This document shows positions 1-8,338 of a stretch of DNA of 10,082 bases, piece by piece (positions within the stretch are counted from its first letter, which is position 1; each line of letters starts with the position of its first letter). The position numbers and the translations under genes are program-made. The stretch covers positions 1 to 10,082 of the forward strand of contig CAYUTF010000104.1 in assembly GCA_964447495.1 (NCBI GenBank). The letters are read 5' to 3'. Origin of the DNA: an uncultured archaeon. GTDB taxonomy: Archaea > Asgardarchaeota > Lokiarchaeia > Sigyniarchaeales > SOKP01. A model generated the notes under the pieces. The model was not told the DNA's origin, searched no databases, and saw nothing but the letters and a program-made list of their open reading frames with translations.

Positions 1-435
1 TTAGACTGGAATAATAATTATGGTAATGATCCAAACAAAATGGTGCTTTTTCATTGTAGTAATCTTCCTAAATCTTTCTTTAAAGACACTAAGATGACAA
101 TTCATCCAATCATATCAGATCAAAAAGGTGCTGAGGTAACTTTCGGTGCTATTCAGGGGAGGATAAAAACTGAGCCATGTACTCTACTGAGAGTCGAAAC
201 AGATGATATATATGGAAATATTAAAACTCTCTTATTAGAGGGCAATTACACTGATGACCCTTTGGATACTTTTGGTGGTTATGGTGTAATTGAGATTCCT
301 AACTTGCAAGAGATATTGAAAGTATTATGTAAAGAAGGTTTTGCCCACCATGTCGCTGCTTCGCTCAATAAAGTAGGGGATATCATATATGAAGCGCTTT
401 CAAATTATTTAGGTTGGGAAATTTATTATTATTGA
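1..435 (+). CDS. L-fucose/L-arabinose isomerase family protein, C-terminal part (5'-truncated by window edge)
   Basis: The frame is open from base 1 (LDWNNNYGNDPNK-MVLFHCSNLP...). The motifs DWNNNY..DP.K...FHCSNLP, TFGGYGV.EIP.LQ and GF.HHVA match the C-terminal domain of fucose/arabinose isomerase-like proteins. Confidence 0.8.
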   Translation, partial: LDWNNNYGNDPNKMVLFHCSNLPKSFFKDTKMTIHPIISDQKGAEVTFGAIQGRIKTEPCTLLRVETDDIYGNIKTLLLEGNYTDDPLDTFGGYGVIEIPNLQEILKVLCKEGFAHHVAASLNKVGDIIYEALSNYLGWEIYYY

Positions 436-436
436 A

Positions 437-1543
437 CTATTTTTTTCTTTTAATCTCAAAATCTTCATTGAAAAATCCAGAATTCAAGATTTCTTTTTTT
501 TGCTCATCTAAAATAGCTTTTATTTGAAAAGGATAGTAACTTATTCCTTTTTCTGTGTTTTTCTTATGAAAATTTAGAATGCGTTTGCGAGTAAGATAAA
601 TAGCATATTCTGAAATATCACATCCAATCCATCTTCTATTTAATTTCTCAGCGATTACTAAAGTAGTACCTGATCCACAAAAGAAGTCAGCGATGAGATC
701 ATTTTTATTACTTCCCAATTTTATAATCATTTCAAGCAATTTCTGATGTTTCTGATTTGGAAATCCTGTCCATTCCTTTGAAGCAGGTTGTAAACAAGGG
801 ATCTTCCATACATCGTCTATTTTTTTATCAGATACAATCCTATACACTACATGCCCTTCTTTATCTTTTACATTCTTTAAAACGCCATTAACCATTTTTC
901 TTCTTAATTGTTTCCTTGGTTTATCTCGTTGAATTCTGATTTCATTCAATATATAGGCATTTGATTTTGAATATACTAATATATCATCATGCGCCCTGGG
1001 GAGATTTTTTTTCCCCGCAGAGTATTTATTATAATAATACCAAATGATATTATTTACAAATCTATTCTTTCCGAACACTTCATCGAGTATTAATTTAATA
1101 TAATGTACAGCATGCCAATCTAAGTGAATAAACAATAATCCTTTTTTTGATAATAGCTTTTTGAATATTATTATTCTTTCATATAACATTTGTAAATAAG
1201 AATCAAAATCTTTATCCCAATGATCTGAATATGCGACTGAATGATAATTCTGTCCATTCTTTGAAATATTTATATAGAAATCATCACCAGTAAAAAACGG
1301 GGGGTCAATGTAGATTAAATCAATTTTTCTTTCGAAGAAGTTTAATAAATAACTCAATACGTTTATATTTTCTCCCCAAAATAGCGTATTATACCAGCTT
1401 TCATTATTTTTATAATTTGATTGTAAATTTTCATTACTACATGAATTTTCGTCTATTATTTGAAATTTATTTAAATAGTCGTTTCTTAATTTAACTAAAT
1501 CGTGCTGAATATTTTTTTTATTATCCCAACTTAAATCTACCAT
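437..1543 (-). CDS. Site-specific DNA methyltransferase, N6-adenine/N4-cytosine, beta class (Mod-like), apparently orphan
   Basis: Catalytic motif IV (DLIYIDPPF) precedes SAM-binding motif I (DFFCGSGTT...NRRWIGCDIS), which is the beta order. Also has FIHLDWH, F.N.IIW.Y, HDDILVYSK and DVW.IP. GAGGA RBS upstream. No endonuclease gene adjacent. Confidence 0.92.
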   Translation of the reverse strand: MVDLSWDNKKNIQHDLVKLRNDYLNKFQIIDENSCSNENLQSNYKNNESWYNTLFWGENINVLSYLLNFFERKIDLIYIDPPFFTGDDFYINISKNGQNYHSVAYSDHWDKDFDSYLQMLYERIIIFKKLLSKKGLLFIHLDWHAVHYIKLILDEVFGKNRFVNNIIWYYYNKYSAGKKNLPRAHDDILVYSKSNAYILNEIRIQRDKPRKQLRRKMVNGVLKNVKDKEGHVVYRIVSDKKIDDVWKIPCLQPASKEWTGFPNQKHQKLLEMIIKLGSNKNDLIADFFCGSGTTLVIAEKLNRRWIGCDISEYAIYLTRKRILNFHKKNTEKGISYYPFQIKAILDEQKKEILNSGFFNEDFEIKRKK

Positions 1544-1566
1544 GAGATTCCTCTGATATAAATTGA

Positions 1567-2850
1567 TTAAAAAATAGGTAAGCTGAAAATATAGATTGTA
1601 AAGATCGTCATAACAACCAATATGCTAATTGTAATTGAAATGTATAATATCAAATGAAGCGCATATATACGTTTATCTTTTCCTTCTTTTAAATTTCTTG
1701 TTGAATAAAATAACTTATTTAATATAGCTGCTGAAAGACCTATTGATAACATAATTAACGCATTCCCATTATTAATTAACCCTTCACCATAAGAAGTGGC
1801 TACAAATAAAGAAGATGCCCCACCAGATAAAAATCCAATACAAAACACGATGATATAATAAAGAAAGATGTTTAAATTGACAATCTTTAATAAAATTGTA
1901 ATTATAACAGCTATAAAATAAGTTCCCGCGAAAATAGCCGCACTCTTTAAAGATAAAGGGTTTTTTATCTTTTCAAAATCTAGTTTAGTCTTTTTCTTTC
2001 TTAAGATTAAAAATGATCCTAGCAATCCTAAAATGATAGTAATTACTATTGGATAGAGCGCATAATACAGCAGTGTTGGAGTAATGAGTAAAATAACAAT
2101 CATCCTAAATAACATTGTTTGAATTACTAACCATACTGAAGATGATGATGCTCCTGCTTCAGCAAGTTCAATAGTTGTAGCTTCACTATGAGCAAACCCT
2201 CCTAAAAACGAGATATAGTACAAGTTCTTTTCAAAAGAACTTTTGAGGATGAAATAACTAAAATATTTTATCGCTAAAATAATAATGAAAATGGTGATGA
2301 TTGGTTTTATTTCAATTGTTAATAAAATAAGGTTATCCGGGATAAGAATATACAACAAAACAATAATTGCTATAAATTCTATTGTGCCTTGCCATTCAAT
2401 ATCTTGAAGTGATCTTATTTTATTAAATTGTTTTTTCGTTGAGAGGATAATTAGAAAGAATACTGAAATAGCAATTGCTAATGATTCATTATAGAAACAT
2501 AAAATACCAACAATTATCGCTAAAAGCATCGATAAAGTAGTTGTGTATCCAGGATCATTTTCTCTAAAAAGGCGATAGATACTTCCAATAAATAAGAATA
2601 TTATCATTCCACTTAGGATTAAAATAATTAATATAAATCCCTCTTGGGAAACTATGTAATTCTCATATAATATTATTAGCGAAGTTGATATCATCGAGAA
2701 AAAAATATGATCTCTTGCTCCATATTGAGCTGAAACTCTGGTTCGTTCAATTCCTATTACAAAGCCACAAAAGAATGATACTAATAATTTTAAGAAAAGA
2801 GTGTAAAATTCTTCAAGTGTTAGGGTTTGTAAAAGAATAGAATAAGACAT
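1567..2850 (-). CDS. MgtC/SapB-family N-terminal domain + DUF4010 multi-pass membrane protein
   Basis: N-terminal GFVIGIER....GARDH resembles MgtC G.LIGLERE...G.RTF. Also has the GYTT motif and LGGFAHSEATT, which resembles DUF4010 LGGLVSSTATT. About 12-13 hydrophobic segments. Confidence 0.8.
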   Translation of the reverse strand: MSYSILLQTLTLEEFYTLFLKLLVSFFCGFVIGIERTRVSAQYGARDHIFFSMISTSLIILYENYIVSQEGFILIILILSGMIIFLFIGSIYRLFRENDPGYTTTLSMLLAIIVGILCFYNESLAIAISVFFLIILSTKKQFNKIRSLQDIEWQGTIEFIAIIVLLYILIPDNLILLTIEIKPIITIFIIILAIKYFSYFILKSSFEKNLYYISFLGGFAHSEATTIELAEAGASSSSVWLVIQTMLFRMIVILLITPTLLYYALYPIVITIILGLLGSFLILRKKKTKLDFEKIKNPLSLKSAAIFAGTYFIAVIITILLKIVNLNIFLYYIIVFCIGFLSGGASSLFVATSYGEGLINNGNALIMLSIGLSAAILNKLFYSTRNLKEGKDKRIYALHLILYISITISILVVMTIFTIYIFSLPIF

Positions 2851-2937
2851 ATAAAATCATAGTAAATTTATCTTTCATTATACTTAAACTATAATGTAAA
2901 AATAATAGGTTATATTATAAAATAAAAAGTTATGAGA

Positions 2938-3660
2938 TTACGAGTTTAACTTTTTTTCTATTAAATCATCTAACTCTTTGTCTGAAAGAAATCCTTTATG
3001 AACCATAATATCCCTGATTTCCTCCAATATTTGAGGTGCTCCTTTAGCTTCCTCGATAAAATCCTCCAGAGACTTTATCTTTAAATTTAATGCTTCAATC
3101 TCATTTGCTTTAGCCTCAATATCACTCTTCAATGTCCCTATTTCCTTCTGGTTTGCTTCAATCTCATCATTGAAATCATTTTTCAAACTTTCGATCTCAA
3201 TATACTTATCGGATATTGTTTGTTGTAAATCCTTTTTAACACCTTCTAATTCCCTCTCTCTTTGCTCTAAATCTTCTTTAATTTGTTCCATTTTAGGTTT
3301 TAAATCTTTTATAGGTTCAAGTTCCTCTTGTAATTCTGAAATTTTATCTTCTGATGCTTTTACTTTACTTTCTAATCCGGATTTTTCTGTTAATATCTTT
3401 TCTTTGTCTGCTTTTACTCCATCGAACTCTTTTTTAAGTGTAGAGATTTCTTGATCTTTATTAGATAGATTTTTTTCAGTCTCTTCTAATTTCTCCTTTA
3501 TTTCGTTAAGCTCTTTAGTTAATCTATCAATTTTGCCATCCTTTGTTTTATTTTGTTGTTCAAGACTATTAACCTTTGTCCTAAAATCTAATAAAAAGCG
3601 ACCTTCAACGGATTGCTTCTTATCAGGTCTTTCTGTTGCCTTCTCCCAATCTATACTCAA
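2938..3660 (-). CDS. Coiled-coil protein, paralog 1 (conserved SIDW..PDKKQS.EGR head, long heptad rod, SHOCT-like tail); 240 aa
   Basis: TTG start with GAGGT at 3668-3664. E/K/L-rich heptad pattern, no Walker A/B motif. Head and tail clearly homologous to the adjacent gene at 3846-4508. Confidence 0.85.
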   Translation of the reverse strand: MSIDWEKATERPDKKQSVEGRFLLDFRTKVNSLEQQNKTKDGKIDRLTKELNEIKEKLEETEKNLSNKDQEISTLKKEFDGVKADKEKILTEKSGLESKVKASEDKISELQEELEPIKDLKPKMEQIKEDLEQRERELEGVKKDLQQTISDKYIEIESLKNDFNDEIEANQKEIGTLKSDIEAKANEIEALNLKIKSLEDFIEEAKGAPQILEEIRDIMVHKGFLSDKELDDLIEKKLNS

Positions 3661-3707
3661 TTTACCTCACTTTTATTAGTATTTTATTTACATATTTATT
3701 TCTTTTA

Positions 3708-3721
3708 AACTAAATTTAGTT
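3708..3721. promoter_or_regulatory. 14-bp perfect palindrome AACTAAATTTAGTT ~50 bp upstream of coiled-coil paralog 1
   Basis: Self-complementary sequence read directly. The operator role is inferred from position only. Confidence 0.35.
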
Positions 3722-3749
3722 ATAATAAATATCATATCTTTCAATATAT

Positions 3750-3775
3750 TTATGTTTTTCAAGTGAAAAACATAA
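3750..3775. repeat. Perfect 12-bp inverted repeat with 2-nt spacer (TTATGTTTTTCA-AG-TGAAAAACATAA); operator or terminator hairpin
   Basis: Arms 3750-3761 and 3764-3775 are exact reverse complements. Lies between the two coiled-coil paralogs. Confidence 0.6.
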
Positions 3776-3845
3776 TCTCTCTTAGCAAGTCATTTGAAAA
3801 GATGATAATCGCGCTTGTAAATCTTGATTTTAAAATACACATAAA

Positions 3846-4508
3846 TTATTCAAATTCGTCAATAATTTGTTCTAGTTCTTTATCCGAAAGGAAACCTTTA
3901 TGAACCATCTTTTCTCTTATTTTCTCCAATATCTTTGGAGATGATTCTACTTCTTTTAACTGCCTTTCAAGCGTTTCAATCTTTTTTACTAACTCTTCAG
4001 TTTCATGTAAATTTCTAGAACTTTTTTCTCTTAAATCTTTGAATTCTTTCTCTCTCTTTTCTAAATCGTCTTTATGGTTGTTAATTATCTTTTCTTTAAA
4101 AATAATTTTTTGTTCAAGTTCCTCTTTTTTATCTCGAGTAAACTTTAGCTCTCTTTCTAAATCGATATTTTTTGCGTTAATTGCCGCCAAATTAGTTTCA
4201 TATTCAGAGACTATCGGCTGTAATTTGGTTAATTCAATATCGACATTCAATTTTTTTTCTGCAAGAGTATCTAAATTTTTTTTTGCGGAAGTAAATTTCT
4301 CCGTCATTTTTACTAAACTTTTTTCTCTACCTGATAATTTTTTTTTTGTTTCTTTTAATTCTTCTGTTGTATTTCGTAAATTTTCTACATTCTTTGCCAG
4401 TTGCCTCTCAATATCATTAATTTTTGCTCTAAGGTCTAATAAAATTCTCCCTTCTATAGACTGCTTCTTATCAGGCTTTTCCTCCGCACGAGCCCAATCA
4501 ATTGATAT
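3846..4508 (-). CDS. Coiled-coil protein, paralog 2; 220 aa with a proposed non-canonical ATA start (ORF track begins at internal ATG 4307)
   Basis: The frame is open 67 codons upstream of 4307 and encodes ISIDWARAEEKPDKKQSIEGRILLDLRAKINDIERQ, 23/36 identical to the paralog 1 N-terminus. ATA aligns with the paralog's start codon and has GGTGA 7 nt upstream. There is an in-frame TAA at 4550-4548 with no ATG/GTG/TTG between it and the ATA. Confidence 0.8.
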   Translation of the reverse strand: MSIDWARAEEKPDKKQSIEGRILLDLRAKINDIERQLAKNVENLRNTTEELKETKKKLSGREKSLVKMTEKFTSAKKNLDTLAEKKLNVDIELTKLQPIVSEYETNLAAINAKNIDLERELKFTRDKKEELEQKIIFKEKIINNHKDDLEKREKEFKDLREKSSRNLHETEELVKKIETLERQLKEVESSPKILEKIREKMVHKGFLSDKELEQIIDEFE

Positions 4509-4758
4509 TTTTTTCTCACCTTTATTGTTGGTACTGGTTTTTAAGTATTATTTTATTCCAATGGTTATGAATATCTTTTTGTCTTTATTATAAAACTATT
4601 AAATATGAATAATTACATACTTATACTTTTTAAATCTCACTATCAAATGATAGCTAAATTGGTTTTATAATACTTATCTAAATCTATTTATTTTTTTGTA
4701 TTTCTTAATACATTAAACATAAATTTTTTCATATTTAAAATGTGATATATGGGTAAAT

Positions 4759-5559
4759 ATGCTTAACATCAATATTGGATGTGCAGGCTGGTTATATGAA
4801 GATTGGAAAGGTGCATTTTACCCAAGAAGGTTAGATGCACAGAAATATTTGACATTTTATTCCAGATTTTTCAATATTGTTGAAATTAATACAACATTTT
4901 ACAGTTTGCCTACAAAACAGACAGTTATTAATTGGAATATAAAGGTACCTTCGGATTTTCGCTTTATAGTGAAAGTGTGGCAAAATATCTCACATAAATT
5001 AAACAATTCCGATGTAGATGTGCTAATTAACCAATTTTTTGAACAATTAGAGCCTCTTAAAAACAAAATTTATGCGTATTTATTTCAATTTCCTCCATGG
5101 TTGCAATATAGTCCAAAACATCTAGATCAAATCCGATTTATTATCAATCAATCCCCTCCAAATTACAAGTACGTGATTGAATTAAGACATAATTCATGGT
5201 TTAAGGAAGAAATTTTAAGTCAAATCGCAGATGGAACACGTATTTTTATAGGAACTTCATATTTAGACGGAGTAATTCCATATTACAAATTAAATCAAGA
5301 GATGTATTATATCCGATTAATAGGAGATCGTGAGCTTTCTCGTTTTGATAGAATCCAGAGAGAAAATAAGAATGAAATAAATGATATGCTTCAAACTATT
5401 GAAAATTTAAAGAAAAATCCAAAAATCTTTGAGATTTTCATTATAGTAAATAATCATTATACCGGTTTTGCGCCAGAAACGGTAAACCTTTTAAAGAGAG
5501 AGCTAAATTTAGCTTTCAAGAATTTTAATCAGCAAAAAAAGCTCTCTGACTATTTATAG
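4759..5559 (+). CDS. DUF72 (YecE-like) domain protein with C-terminal PIP-box-like motif
   Basis: Motifs IGCAGW.Y.DW.G.FYP, VEINTTFY, F.FIVK, LFQFPP, IELRH.SW, YIRLIG and NNHY.G.AP. Ends in QKKLSDYL. Confidence 0.92.
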   Translation: MLNINIGCAGWLYEDWKGAFYPRRLDAQKYLTFYSRFFNIVEINTTFYSLPTKQTVINWNIKVPSDFRFIVKVWQNISHKLNNSDVDVLINQFFEQLEPLKNKIYAYLFQFPPWLQYSPKHLDQIRFIINQSPPNYKYVIELRHNSWFKEEILSQIADGTRIFIGTSYLDGVIPYYKLNQEMYYIRLIGDRELSRFDRIQRENKNEINDMLQTIENLKKNPKIFEIFIIVNNHYTGFAPETVNLLKRELNLAFKNFNQQKKLSDYL

Positions 5560-5591
5560 AAATAAATTAAGGAAAATAAAAATTAAATTTT

Positions 5592-6290
5592 TTACAAGAA
5601 GTTAAGAAATATCGAAGTTCCTAAGCCCCAAAGGAGAATACCTTGCACAAATGAAAATACCATTATTATCAATGCAACGGGGGGAAATGATAAGAATTTT
5701 GAAATTGCTTGTAAAGCACCAATATAAAATTTCGCGGTCACTGCTACAATTGCCGTTACAATGATAAATATTATGACCAATAGAAGCTTGGGATTAATAA
5801 GATGCTCACCAATCCATCCAACGACAGTATCGGGTATGAGTAAAGCTAGTGCAATTGCAGTTGCGGTTCCTGCAAGAAATCCTAAAATACTTGATAATGG
5901 TAGGTCATTTACCGGCTTAAAAAACATCGCAATGCCAATTACAATCAAGAATATGCATGTAAAATGGTCAGCTTCATTGGCAGTTAAATCTCTGTATCTA
6001 AAGCTAGGTGGAATATCTTGGATTAATCCTGTAGTTCCCGCCCATATATCAAGAATACCAACGATTACTCCTAAATAGGATAAAATTCTTAAAAATTTAG
6101 TGATATCAAAGCTTTTTCCTTCTTCAGCTTTTCTTTTTGTAAAAGAACCTCTACGCTTTCGTTCATAACCTAACCATGTTAATGCAATGAATCCTGTTAT
6201 AAACACCATAACCCCAGCAGAATTTGCAACCCATTCAAAAAAAATACTTATATACGACCAATATTCTGTTTGAAAGATCAAATGATTCAC
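5592..6290 (-). CDS. Hypothetical multi-pass membrane protein (~6-7 TM)
   Basis: 232-aa ORF with alternating hydrophobic helices and a basic loop (ERKRRGSFTKRK). No family recognised. The GTG start is uncertain. Confidence 0.75.
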   Translation of the reverse strand: MNHLIFQTEYWSYISIFFEWVANSAGVMVFITGFIALTWLGYERKRRGSFTKRKAEEGKSFDITKFLRILSYLGVIVGILDIWAGTTGLIQDIPPSFRYRDLTANEADHFTCIFLIVIGIAMFFKPVNDLPLSSILGFLAGTATAIALALLIPDTVVGWIGEHLINPKLLLVIIFIIVTAIVAVTAKFYIGALQAISKFLSFPPVALIIMVFSFVQGILLWGLGTSIFLNFL

Positions 6291-6425
6291 GTTTTCAAAT
6301 TTTTTTAAATATTAGATCAACTATACTTTTAAATATTTATTTAGAAAGATAACTGATATTTTAATTCTTTAGAGCGCATTGAAAATTTTAATTAATTTTA
6401 AATATCTAGAGTTTATCATTTTGTT

Positions 6426-7661
6426 ATGTCATTTATAGAGAACTTAAAGAAATTAACCTTAAAAGAAAATAGAAAATATTTAATTCTGGTTATTTTACTT
6501 CTTATTGGCATCGCAGTAATTCAAATTCCTGTCCAATATAAACTTATTATATTCACATTTGAGATAGATTTATGGGATCTTATTGGGATTATACTTTTCC
6601 TCCCATTTTTGACATTCTTGGTTTTCTTATTTTTATTATCATTATTTGCAAAAAAAGATATTAATGAGATAGCCTCTTGGAAAATTATACTTATTTTCAT
6701 AGTTTCTTTACCATTGATGCTCATAATATCAGTTCTTCTTGTAGGATTCTTTTTATTTTCGATTCTTTCATACATTTTTTTAACATCATGGTTTATCCTT
6801 TATGGGGCATATCTTTCATCTAAAAAAATAGACGATAATCTAAAAAAAAGGGCACATAGTTCAACTTATAGAGGAATTGCGTTTTTTGGAGGAATAACTA
6901 TATCTCTTCTCCTTTTAGGAGGATATATATTTGGTTCCCAGTATCTTGGTAATTTAACAGGAATTACGATAACCCAAACTGTAGTGGATATTTTAAATTA
7001 CGTAGTCCTCATTGTTGGATTGATGATAATTCTATTTAGCGTTATTGGAATTATATATATATTAAAAAAAGTTTTTAATGCATGGTTAGGAATCTTCTCG
7101 ATATTAACTGTCGTTTATACCTTTTATTTGTTAATAAAAATCTTCTTTGCCTTGAATAGTACTGGAGGCGCCTCTTCATCCATATATACTCAATTTGTTT
7201 TAATCCTTGTCGATTTATTCATCATTTTGTATTCTATTAGCACTTTAATGGGTTCCCAGGCAAATATCCTTTTCAAAAGATTAAAACTAAAACGAATTGG
7301 TCTTGATACAATTCTCATTTGGTTAATATTTTCTAAAGTTGCTTATGAATTTGCTCATAATTTTCCTTATAGCTGGTTAGCAGGACTTCCATACATTGAT
7401 ATTCTATCCTTATTAGATGAATCAATTATCAATCTTGGAAAAAATATTGGAGTCCTAATTTTCTTTATTCTGATTTTGGCAGTATTAGGTTTTTATCAAA
7501 TAATTAAATATTCAAAAAGAGAAAAGACATTTAAAGAACAAGTAGATCAAGACGTGAAACATTTATTGATGCCTCAGTTTGGAAAAAAGATGAATATTGA
7601 CGCAAGTGAAGATAAAAATCTAAATTCAACAGATAAGGATAAGCCTTCTAGTGAAGATTAG
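6426..7661 (+). CDS. Hypothetical multi-pass membrane protein (~10-11 TM, polar C-terminal tail)
   Basis: 411-aa ORF that is strongly hydrophobic with short basic loops. No family recognised. Confidence 0.8.
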   Translation: MSFIENLKKLTLKENRKYLILVILLLIGIAVIQIPVQYKLIIFTFEIDLWDLIGIILFLPFLTFLVFLFLLSLFAKKDINEIASWKIILIFIVSLPLMLIISVLLVGFFLFSILSYIFLTSWFILYGAYLSSKKIDDNLKKRAHSSTYRGIAFFGGITISLLLLGGYIFGSQYLGNLTGITITQTVVDILNYVVLIVGLMIILFSVIGIIYILKKVFNAWLGIFSILTVVYTFYLLIKIFFALNSTGGASSSIYTQFVLILVDLFIILYSISTLMGSQANILFKRLKLKRIGLDTILIWLIFSKVAYEFAHNFPYSWLAGLPYIDILSLLDESIINLGKNIGVLIFFILILAVLGFYQIIKYSKREKTFKEQVDQDVKHLLMPQFGKKMNIDASEDKNLNSTDKDKPSSED

Positions 7662-7792
7662 AGATAAAATAATAATATTTTTTCTTATTTTATAATAAAT
7701 TACTAATTTGTCCTAGATTAATCCTTTAATAATTAGTTTTATTAACAAAACAATCAAAGAATATCATACTTCATTTTAAGGTGGCAAATTAA

Positions 7793-8314
7793 ATGGATGA
7801 ATGTGAGAACCTTATTGATAAAGAATTGTTCCTTGATAAATTTGAAAAATTGTCGCTGAAGATCGAACAATTGACTGATGAAGTCGTGAAAATGAAGCAA
7901 AAAGTAGATAACACCAATAAAAGTAATCGAAGTTTTGGGCTTGGGACTATAAGGAACTCTGAACCATTAAAGTTCACCAATGATGTCAAGGGGATCGGGA
8001 GCCCAACCAAAAGATATGTATTAAATTTCAGAGGGGTCACCGAAGTTTGGAAAGGCCGTAAGAATGATGTTTTACTTGTAATTCGTCAGCAAGAAAAAGA
8101 AACACATATGGATTTAAAAGCATTAGGTATTAGGATTCCCATAACTGACATAAAAAATCTCCGATCATTAGCCAAGAATATTATCTCTCTATTGTATATT
8201 TCCTGTAATTTAGGAGGAATTGAAATTAATGAAATTTTGCGGGAGATAGTTACGGAAATTAATGATGATGGCGCTAATATGGTTCAAGAGATAAAAGAAA
8301 AAATGGTTCTTTAA
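7793..8314 (+). CDS. Hypothetical protein: N-terminal coiled coil plus possible PC4-like ssDNA/RNA-binding fold
   Basis: AGGTGG RBS upstream. The segment VTEVWKG....LLVIRQ........LKALGIRIP..DI..L resembles the PC4 pattern V..FKG...IDIR......P..KGISL....W..L (by eye only). Confidence 0.6.
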   Translation: MDECENLIDKELFLDKFEKLSLKIEQLTDEVVKMKQKVDNTNKSNRSFGLGTIRNSEPLKFTNDVKGIGSPTKRYVLNFRGVTEVWKGRKNDVLLVIRQQEKETHMDLKALGIRIPITDIKNLRSLAKNIISLLYISCNLGGIEINEILREIVTEINDDGANMVQEIKEKMVL

Positions 8315-8338
8315 ACTATAATCATTGAATATTATCAG

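Noticed and set aside
2938-4508. SMC / chromosome partition protein annotation
   Set aside because: No Walker A/B, signature motif or hinge, and far too short. The similarity would be generic coiled coil only.
3170-4593. Plus-strand ORFs 3170-3454 and 4039-4593
   Set aside because: Ser/Phe/Leu-rich antisense shadows of the E/K-rich coiled-coil genes.
5761-8040. ORFs 5761-6078 (+), 6521-6775 (-) and 7789-8040 (-)
   Set aside because: Each lies antisense to a longer, better supported gene and has no recognisable motifs.
8288-8314. C-terminal EIKEKMVL resembling the coiled-coil tail KIREKMVH
   Set aside because: Too short, and it lacks the following KGFLSDKEL. Likely chance.
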